Of a stretch of DNA of 32,000 nt, positions 17,864 through 24,952 are shown one piece after another (positions within the stretch are counted from its first letter, which is position 1; every line of letters starts with the position of its first letter). The notes under the pieces are model-generated. The model ran no database searches. It had not been told where the DNA came from and saw only the letters and a list, made by a program, of their open reading frames with translations. This DNA comes from Bdellovibrionales bacterium (GTDB lineage Bacteria; Bdellovibrionota; UBA1018; JADZFF01): NCBI GenBank assembly GCA_020850015.1, contig JADZFF010000033.1, positions 1 through 32,000 of the forward strand, read 5' to 3'. Made by a program: the position numbers and the translations under genes.

Positions 17864-20476
17864 TCACTCCACCGCCTGGTCTTCTTCGAGCTCGTAGGCG
17901 CCGTGGATCAGGCTTCGCGCGAACAGGAGGAACTCGGCCGGCGTCATGTCGCGCCTGAGCACCTTCGTGAACACCTGCTGCAGCTCCGGCGGAACCTGGA
18001 AGCGGAAGGCGTCGGCGTCTTTCGATCCGCCGCCGGCCTCCAGGTCGAGCTGGTTGTTCCAGCGCGCCCAGAAGATGCGGTCAGCCTCGGCCACCGCGCC
18101 ACAACGCGCGGCGGGCCCGGTGCCCGCGCAGCCCCGCCCGTCCCAGATCTCGAGCTGGGTTTCGCGGAAGGCGCCGTGCATGGTCATGTGGTCCTTGTTC
18201 GCTGATCCGGAGATCAGGAGCGCCGGACCCGAGGCCACGCGCGCGCCCTGGGCGTTGAAGCCGTCCACAGTGATGGTTTTCATGTGGTACTCCATGTGGA
18301 ACTCGTCGCTGTGCGGGACGTGTTTCCACTTGAAGCGGATATTCGGCCAGGCCACGCGGCGGGCGATCTGCCCGGCGTCGTTGACTTCGAGCTCCTTGTA
18401 CATGAGCAGATCGGCGTAAAGCGTGTTCGGGAAGCCCCCGAGCGGCTCGGCCGTCACACCCGAGCTCTTCGAGATCGGCTCGAGCATGACGTAGATCATC
18501 ACCTCGGGCGAGGTGCGGGCCTTGTCCAGAAGCTCCTCCACCACTCGGCGATCGTAAAGGAACTGGTCGTTCACCACGATCTGCTTCTTTGCCATCCGGA
18601 TCGCGGCGATGTTCTGGTCGAGCGCGCTCGTCTCCGAGCCGTCGATGTTGTTCTGGCCGATCCTCACGCTCAGGTTCGGTTCAATGGCCGACACGAAGGC
18701 GAGCTCGGCGCGGGTGGGCACCACGCGGTTCTTCGAGGCGTCCCACTTGCGCGCTAGGGGATCGAACGCGGCCAGGGCCGTTTCGATCGCGGCGGGGTCC
18801 ATGGGCTCACGTCCATGGCCGCCGGCCTTGAGCGCGTACCAGAAGTCCCAGTAGTAGCTGTCCTGCGTGGCCACGGCCGCCGGACCGGTGACTTTCGCCA
18901 CCTCGTCGAAGGTCATGGCGCCCGAGCTGTCGGTCCAGTTCTTCGAGCCCACGAAGGCCACGGGCACGGAGTCCGTCCAGGCGCCCGCGCCGTCGATGAC
19001 CATCACCTTGGAGTGGTCGCTCTTGGCCTTCGGGAACAGCGGAGGCAGGAAGCTGAACACCTGAGTGCCCCGGCGCATGAGGGACTCCACGACGTGGTCG
19101 GGGATCAGCGCGTCGAAGTAGGCCGGAAGGCCCGTGCGGTGCGCGAACACGTACGAGCCCGCGGCCACCATCTTCGTGGGGTTTTGCCTGGAGTACGCCA
19201 TCAACCAGTTGAACACGGGCCGGATCTCGGGGCCGTAGTTGAAGGGGTTGTAGGGGTCGTGCAGGAGGTACACCTTCACGCCGCGATCCGCGGCGGCGAT
19301 GAGCTCCTGGCCAAGCACCACGCCCACGGTGCCGCCGATGAAGAACATGTCCATGAACACCGTGTGTTTTGCGGTGCGGATGGCCTGTACCATCTGCGGG
19401 AAGATGGCCTGGTGGGCGCCGATCGAGTCGTTCAAGGCGAAGGTGGGGTGGTTCTCAGCCCTCGGGAAGAGGGTGCCGGTGAAGGGCAGTCGTCCTGAGT
19501 TGATGAGGGCCACGATCTGGTCCACGGTCTGGGCACCCGGCACCTGGGCCACGGGGTCTTTGGTGCCGGCATAGAGCGATTCGAAGTGCTCGACGTAGTC
19601 GGAGTCCTGGCGGTTACGCGTGAGGTAAGTCACGTCGTTGCCGCCCAGGAATCCTATTCCGGCCGCGGCGTGAGCTGGGCCCGGCCAGCGGGCGGCCTCG
19701 GCGAGATCCTTCCAGCCGGAGGTGAAGGCGATCTGGCCCTTGAGGCAGGCCGCGAGGTTCGAGACCGAAGAGATGCCGGTGTAGGAGGCCGAGCAGTCCG
19801 CGAAACCCTTCAAGGCCGCGTTTTGCGCGTTCCAGGCCAGGCACTCACCCTTGGCGCCGAGCGCGCTCTGGGTCTGGCACTGCTTGTAGCGGGAGATGTC
19901 GCCGTCCAGGAGGGCGGCCGCGCGTTGCAGGGCCTGCGTCGCGGCGGCGGGGGCGCCCAGAGAGGGGTAACGCGGATCTTGCAGGATCTCGCGCGCCCAA
20001 AGCGCGAACTCCTGGGCGTAGATGCGCAAGAGCGAGCGGGCTTTGTCTTTCTGGCCCGTGCGGAGGAAGTACGCCAGGTAGATCTGGGCCTTTTCCGAGG
20101 GGATGGCCGCGTTCATGTGTTGAGCGAAGGCAAGGCGCAGGTTGTACTGGTCGTTGGCCGTGCGTTGCAGGTTCGAGCGCTGCGCGAAGGCGCGGTTTTC
20201 CGCGGCCTCGGGGATGTTTTCGTCGTCGTACTGACCGCGGACGGCGTCTTCGATGTAGAGCGGGTTCACCGCGAGCCACCACTTGCGGAGGTCGTCCTCG
20301 AAGTTCGAGTCGTTCAGCATTCGGCGCACGTCGGCGTCGATCCCGAAGAAGGCCATCTCACGCTGGTGCATCGCGAGGAGCGTGTAGTCTTCCCAGCTTC
20401 CCGCCTGCGAGGCGGGGGAGCCGAGAAGGGAGGCCGAGACGGCGAGGGTCAGAAACAGCGTGTGAATCGTTTTCAT
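17864..20476 (-). CDS. Large phospholipase D superfamily protein with signal peptide (PLD copy 3)
   Basis: HSKVMVIDGAGAWTDSVPVAFVGSKN (HxKxxxxD at 18992-19015) and HMKTITVDGFNAQGARVASGPALLISGSAN (18263-18286); signal MKTIHTLFLTLAVSASLLGSPASQA at ATG 20476. Confidence 0.92.
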   Translation of the reverse strand: MKTIHTLFLTLAVSASLLGSPASQAGSWEDYTLLAMHQREMAFFGIDADVRRMLNDSNFEDDLRKWWLAVNPLYIEDAVRGQYDDENIPEAAENRAFAQRSNLQRTANDQYNLRLAFAQHMNAAIPSEKAQIYLAYFLRTGQKDKARSLLRIYAQEFALWAREILQDPRYPSLGAPAAATQALQRAAALLDGDISRYKQCQTQSALGAKGECLAWNAQNAALKGFADCSASYTGISSVSNLAACLKGQIAFTSGWKDLAEAARWPGPAHAAAGIGFLGGNDVTYLTRNRQDSDYVEHFESLYAGTKDPVAQVPGAQTVDQIVALINSGRLPFTGTLFPRAENHPTFALNDSIGAHQAIFPQMVQAIRTAKHTVFMDMFFIGGTVGVVLGQELIAAADRGVKVYLLHDPYNPFNYGPEIRPVFNWLMAYSRQNPTKMVAAGSYVFAHRTGLPAYFDALIPDHVVESLMRRGTQVFSFLPPLFPKAKSDHSKVMVIDGAGAWTDSVPVAFVGSKNWTDSSGAMTFDEVAKVTGPAAVATQDSYYWDFWYALKAGGHGREPMDPAAIETALAAFDPLARKWDASKNRVVPTRAELAFVSAIEPNLSVRIGQNNIDGSETSALDQNIAAIRMAKKQIVVNDQFLYDRRVVEELLDKARTSPEVMIYVMLEPISKSSGVTAEPLGGFPNTLYADLLMYKELEVNDAGQIARRVAWPNIRFKWKHVPHSDEFHMEYHMKTITVDGFNAQGARVASGPALLISGSANKDHMTMHGAFRETQLEIWDGRGCAGTGPAARCGAVAEADRIFWARWNNQLDLEAGGGSKDADAFRFQVPPELQQVFTKVLRRDMTPAEFLLFARSLIHGAYELEEDQAVE

Positions 20477-20486
20477 CGTCGTCACC

Positions 20487-21989
20487 TCAGCGGTCAATGA
20501 AGAGCGCCGCGAGCGGGAACTTCTTCAGGGCTTGGTCCTTCGCACCGCGTTTGGCGTCCGCGAAGGCTTTGGCGATCATCTGGTTCGCCGTGTTTTGAAC
20601 TTCCTGGGCGGCCTGCTGCGTGGGCTGGCCGTCCGTGAGCCCGATCTGCACGTTCGTGGCGAAGGGCACGAGCGCGCCGGCCCGGCGGTCGAAGACCTCG
20701 ATGGAGGTTTTCAGGTTCTCCATCTTCGCGGTCTGAGCCGTCAGGTTCGTCACGATATCGAAGCTCGTCATGTGCACGCGGATCGGAACCCGCAGGTGCG
20801 TCCAGTACGAGGCCGTGCTGCCCTTGATCGCGTCGCCGCCCAGGTAGGGCGTGAGGCGCCAGGCCGAGTTGGCGGTATTGAGCTTCATGCGGCGTCTGAA
20901 GGGGTGGTAGCCCTCCCAGGTGCCGAAGTTGAAGTTCAGGCGCATGTCCCGAAGCTCGTTCTTGAGCAGGTGCTCGAAGCTCACGAGCATCATCGGGTAG
21001 TTCGTCGACGTGTCGTTGGCCGTGAAGCCGCCGGGCTGGGGCACACCGGCGTGGGTGATCTCGGCCGTGGGCGAGGTCGTGGCGGGCTCCAGGCGCTGAA
21101 GCAGGGGCTGCATGCCCAGGAGCGCCTGCAGGCGGATCGTGCTCGCGCCCGGCTTCACCGTCAGGTTGATCAGGAAGGCCACGGGGTAAACGTAGGGCGG
21201 CACGAGGTGCGGCGTTTCGTCGTAAGCGTTTTGGAGGACGATGGCCGTATTGTGCTGAGCCACGTCGTTCACGCGGTTTCCGAGGTTCCCCTTGAGGCCG
21301 GTGACGATGGGGTAACCCTCTTCGTCGTAGAGCCAGTGCTTCACGCCCCAGTCGCGCACGGGCGTGCGGCGTTTGGTGCTGAAGCCCATGCGGCGCGGGG
21401 AGTAGCGCGAGCCACGTTCCCAGGCGGCCTTCGCGGCCGCGTCGGTGGCGGGCGCCTTGTCCCAGGGCGCGATCAGGAAGGTCAGGTGACGGGGGCCGGC
21501 GTTCGTGGCGAGCGCGGCCTCGATCTTCGGCAGCGCTTCCTTCAGGTGGCCCGCGGCGGTGCGGAGCACGCGCTCGAGCAGGTTCACCGGGGCCGAGGCG
21601 CCGTCGAGGTCCATGCGCATCAGTTCCGAGAAGGCCGGGATGAACTGCTGCGAGAGGATCTCGTCGATCGTCTGCCCGTACACCGCGGCGAGCTGGCCGC
21701 TCTGGGGTTTCACCTGATCGCGCAGCAGGTAGAGGCGCGGATCGGTGGGCGCGGACGCGCCCACGGCCGGCTTCTGCGAAGGCAGAGCGCGGGAGCGGTC
21801 GAGCGCCTCCCAGGCATTGTCATCGACGAACAGGTGAGGTCTGACCGGCGACTGCGTCATCCGGTACCGGAGGACTTCCGCCCGAGCTGAGTGAAGCCCG
21901 GCGAATACCCCCGACAAGACCGCAAAACACCCCAATGCCGCAAGCGGCCGAACGCGGTTGAATAAGGACATAATGCGGCGAGCTATCAT
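20487..21989 (-). CDS. Uncharacterised secreted protein, probably co-transcribed with PLD copy 3
   Basis: 500-aa ORF with N terminus IMSLFNRVRPLAALGCFAVLSGVFAGLHSARA; stop at 20487 is 10 nt before the PLD start at 20476 on the same strand. Confidence 0.75.
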   Translation of the reverse strand: MIARRIMSLFNRVRPLAALGCFAVLSGVFAGLHSARAEVLRYRMTQSPVRPHLFVDDNAWEALDRSRALPSQKPAVGASAPTDPRLYLLRDQVKPQSGQLAAVYGQTIDEILSQQFIPAFSELMRMDLDGASAPVNLLERVLRTAAGHLKEALPKIEAALATNAGPRHLTFLIAPWDKAPATDAAAKAAWERGSRYSPRRMGFSTKRRTPVRDWGVKHWLYDEEGYPIVTGLKGNLGNRVNDVAQHNTAIVLQNAYDETPHLVPPYVYPVAFLINLTVKPGASTIRLQALLGMQPLLQRLEPATTSPTAEITHAGVPQPGGFTANDTSTNYPMMLVSFEHLLKNELRDMRLNFNFGTWEGYHPFRRRMKLNTANSAWRLTPYLGGDAIKGSTASYWTHLRVPIRVHMTSFDIVTNLTAQTAKMENLKTSIEVFDRRAGALVPFATNVQIGLTDGQPTQQAAQEVQNTANQMIAKAFADAKRGAKDQALKKFPLAALFIDR

Positions 21990-22068
21990 GGCGCGTCATG
22001 ACCTGCAACCGACGCTCTGACCTGATTTAGTCGTTGAAAGCTCCTCAGGACGCGGCATCGTGTAACAC

Positions 22069-23466
22069 ATGGAAATAAGAGATGAACGGGGCATGCGAGC
22101 AGGTCGCGCGGGGGCGATCGCGTGCGCGGGTCTGAGTCTGTTCCTGAGTTTGAGCCTGGCTCCGGCCCAGGCTTTGATGATGGAGCTCCCCCCGAGCCTG
22201 GCCCCCGTGATGCTTTCGGAGACCGTTCCCTTCACGTTCACGCCGAATGCCTACTCCGCCGCCGATTACCGCCTGGAGTGGGTGGGCGAGGCGTTGCCCG
22301 GCGTGACGGTCCGCCTGGGCGAGAAGAGCCTGGAATGGGTGCGCGTGCGCGAGGTCCTGGATCTGCCGCGGGCCACCGCCGTGGTGGAGGTGCGCGACGC
22401 CGAGGGCGCCCAGGTGCTCCACGCGGGATATGTGCAGCCTCTCGCACGCGTATCGGGCGGGACTTGGAGCGCCCATGTCCCCGTGGCCCTGCTCAGTGGT
22501 TCTGACAATCCCATCGAGTTGCGCGTGCGGCGCGGAGGGCGCGAGCTCAAGGGCACGCTCGTTTCGAAGCTCGTGCCGCGGCCGGGAAACGAGACGCAGC
22601 TCCTGTTCGACGCCACCTGCTCCCACCCGCGCGTGCGCGCCGAGACCGTGAGCGGCCTCAGGCCCGACACCTTCGTCTACGTGGGCTGCCGTTTCGTGCA
22701 CACGAAGGGCGATTCGCACCCGCACCCCTCGTTCGAGCTCTACGTCTACTGGGACGGGGCGGGGCGTTCGATCCGGGTGGACGGAGTGCCCACGCCTTCC
22801 TCTTCAGTGGGCGTCTGGGCGCTCAAGCTCGGCCCGAAGCCCGGCTACGTGGATCTCCAATCGGGCGAGCAGAAGATCCGCGTCGCTTATTCGGTTCCGG
22901 AGCGCCTGCGGCGGCTCACCCTGGGGCTGGGCGTCGGGCCCTACGGATACGCGTTCCAGGACAAGGGCGAGTCGCTCGAGACCTTCGCCCCGCTCGCCAC
23001 CTTGTACGGCTCCTATTTCCTCTCGGAGTCCATGCGGGTGACGATGTTCAATGCCACCGCGCTTCACCGGCTCTGGTACACGAACCAGGGCTTCTACCTT
23101 TGGAGCGAGCAGATGCGCGTGTTCGACTCGCGCTTCTCCATGGTGCTGCTCTTCGGTCTGGATGTGCTCGTATTCCGCACCCGAGGCGCGGGAGGCGACG
23201 TGCACTGGCGCATCGGAGGCCCACAGGGTATCGAGTTCGCGTTCCGCGACTTCCCGATCCGGCGGCACGACGTGAGCTTCGGCGCCTTCATCGCGCCCAA
23301 GCTCGTGAGCGAACACTTCTACTACAACGCCTGGGTGCGCTGGGGCCCGCCTGAGTGGTTCGTGGAGTTCAATTACCTCTCGTGGCAGGAAGAGCTCCCG
23401 GACCAGCTCGTCTACTCGCGGTCGATCGGCCTGAGCGTCGGGATGCCGCTCATTCGGCTGCTCTGA
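22069..23466 (+). CDS. Uncharacterised secreted/outer-membrane protein
   Basis: Signal peptide AIACAGLSLFLSLSLAPAQA; N-terminal beta-rich region then barrel-like C terminus (YFLSESMRVTMFNATALHRLWYTNQGFYLW...). Several in-frame starts possible. Confidence 0.75.
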   Translation: MEIRDERGMRAGRAGAIACAGLSLFLSLSLAPAQALMMELPPSLAPVMLSETVPFTFTPNAYSAADYRLEWVGEALPGVTVRLGEKSLEWVRVREVLDLPRATAVVEVRDAEGAQVLHAGYVQPLARVSGGTWSAHVPVALLSGSDNPIELRVRRGGRELKGTLVSKLVPRPGNETQLLFDATCSHPRVRAETVSGLRPDTFVYVGCRFVHTKGDSHPHPSFELYVYWDGAGRSIRVDGVPTPSSSVGVWALKLGPKPGYVDLQSGEQKIRVAYSVPERLRRLTLGLGVGPYGYAFQDKGESLETFAPLATLYGSYFLSESMRVTMFNATALHRLWYTNQGFYLWSEQMRVFDSRFSMVLLFGLDVLVFRTRGAGGDVHWRIGGPQGIEFAFRDFPIRRHDVSFGAFIAPKLVSEHFYYNAWVRWGPPEWFVEFNYLSWQEELPDQLVYSRSIGLSVGMPLIRLL

Positions 23467-23472
23467 CGGGGT

Positions 23473-23922
23473 TCAGTCCGCCGAATAGCCGGTGAAGCCC
23501 GAGCCGTCCTCGGTGACGCCGGTGTAACCGCCGCTTTCGCCTTGGTCTTGGCCCTCGGCGGCCTGGGCGTGGTCCACGCAAACGGGCTGCAGGTCGCGCT
23601 CGTAGCCGCAGTAGCCGTCGCCGGAAGGGGTTACGCCGCAGTAGCCGTAGCTCAGGTCGTCTGATTCAGTATTCACGGCCGCTGGTTCGGGCCGGCGGCT
23701 GCGGTCGCGCCTCGAGGAGCCGCCCAAACGCGAAACGCCGTCGGCCAGAAGGAGCAGACTGAGCAGGAAACCATCGCCCTCGCTGGCGCGGCCGGCGCGC
23801 AGGCGAACGGCCGTCTCGTCGCTCGACTGCTGGGCTTCCGCCGTGGAGGGCAGGGAAAGCGTCAGCATTGAAAGGGCGAGGGGCGCCACTAGAGCCCAGC
23901 GGAGGCGGAGGATTTGATTCAT
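23473..23922 (-). CDS. Uncharacterised small secreted protein with C-terminal GY[CT]GVT..G.G[YF][CT]GY repeats
   Basis: ATG 23922 gives signal peptide MNQILRLRWALVAPLALSMLTLSLPSTAEA; two copies of a 15-aa repeat at the C terminus. Confidence 0.6.
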   Translation of the reverse strand: MNQILRLRWALVAPLALSMLTLSLPSTAEAQQSSDETAVRLRAGRASEGDGFLLSLLLLADGVSRLGGSSRRDRSRRPEPAAVNTESDDLSYGYCGVTPSGDGYCGYERDLQPVCVDHAQAAEGQDQGESGGYTGVTEDGSGFTGYSAD

Positions 23923-24082
23923 CCCGTTAACGATTGCAAAGGCGTGGCCAATCTCGTTCGTCCCTGGGGCGGACGAGGCTGACGTGGCCCGGGCAGAGCT
24001 GTCTATCGGGTGGGCACCTGCTGGAGCGGGCTCGAGTGTCGTGGGTGACACGGCGCCGCCGGGGTATCTGCGCTCCTCCGCG

Positions 24083-24124
24083 CCGACGTAGTCAAATGTC
24101 GCCTTTGAAAGCGACATTCGGGTC
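24083..24124 (+). repeat. Left copy of a 42-nt inverted repeat pair
   Basis: CCGACGTAGTCAAATGTCGCCTTTGAAAGCGACATTCGGGTC; its reverse complement matches 24278-24319 at 41/42 positions. Confidence 0.85.
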
Positions 24125-24277
24125 TCCATTTCGAACGTCGGAGGGCGTGCCCCGCACGAGATTGAAGTCGGCCTGACGCAATCGTATCGCCGTGAGTTTT
24201 AAAGGCGGAGTCGAGCCTGGCGTTATTGCGCTAAAAGCGTCGCAAAAAGCATGGTAACCGTAGACGTCCTGACCTCG

Positions 24278-24319
24278 GACCCGAATGTGGCTTTCAAAGG
24301 CGACATTTGACTACGTCGG
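24278..24319 (-). repeat. Right copy of the 42-nt inverted repeat pair
   Basis: GACCCGAATGTGGCTTTCAAAGGCGACATTTGACTACGTCGG; one mismatch to the reverse complement of 24083-24124. Confidence 0.85.
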
Positions 24320-24394
24320 GAGTTGCGGACGTCGAGGCGACCCTGCCTGGGGCGATGGCCTGGAGTGCCCCAGGGGGCCGGCAATCAGCCGGGA

Positions 24395-24811
24395 TCAGTG
24401 AACGGTTTCGGTTCCGCCGAGCGTATCGGCCATCAGGGCGCGGAGCATCTCCTGGATGTGGGGCGTGGTCTTTCCGGCGCCGCCCGCCAGCATGCGGAAG
24501 AGCTCGGCGTCCAGACTCAGGAGTTGGCAGAATTCGTCCCGGGTGTAGGGCAGAGACTTGAGCAGGAACTGAACTTCCTTCGCGCTGAGCTCGTCCGTCT
24601 TCCGGGAGAGGTGGGTCATGATCAGGCGGTTCCATTGCTCCACGAGGAGTCCCGGAAGGAAGATCTCGTTGCAGCTTGGGCATTCCTCGATCGGCGTCTC
24701 GCCCTCGATCGTGACGAGGCCCATGGGGGTAGGGTAGGCGAAGTCCTTCACGGTCTTCGAAACCACGCCCGGCTTTCCACAGGCTTCGCAGGTGTTCGGC
24801 TGCACCGACAT
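24395..24811 (-). CDS. YgiT/MqsA-type zinc-finger protein (antitoxin-like regulator)
   Basis: N-terminal CEACGKPG...ECPSCNEIFLPG (CxxC...CxxC) followed by LSAKEVQFLLKSLPYTRDEFCQLLSLDAELFRMLAGG, which resembles a divergent MqsA-type HTH. Confidence 0.75.
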   Translation of the reverse strand: MSVQPNTCEACGKPGVVSKTVKDFAYPTPMGLVTIEGETPIEECPSCNEIFLPGLLVEQWNRLIMTHLSRKTDELSAKEVQFLLKSLPYTRDEFCQLLSLDAELFRMLAGGAGKTTPHIQEMLRALMADTLGGTETVH

Positions 24812-24952
24812 GAGTCCGAGCCTAGCACAGCCTCGCGGGATGCTTGGACTTTCCCCAGGGATGGGATGATTTGACTCATTTGGTTGCCTGGTGGTAGACG
24901 CATAGCGTCATCTCAAGGGGTGAGGCGACCGAAAGCAAAAAGGGGTTAGTCC

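Noticed and set aside
20532-21890. 452-aa + strand ORF opposite the 20487-21989 gene
   Set aside because: Composition (RGRGRGGLQALKQG...) looks like a mirror ORF; the opposite strand has a signal peptide and tight spacing to the PLD gene.
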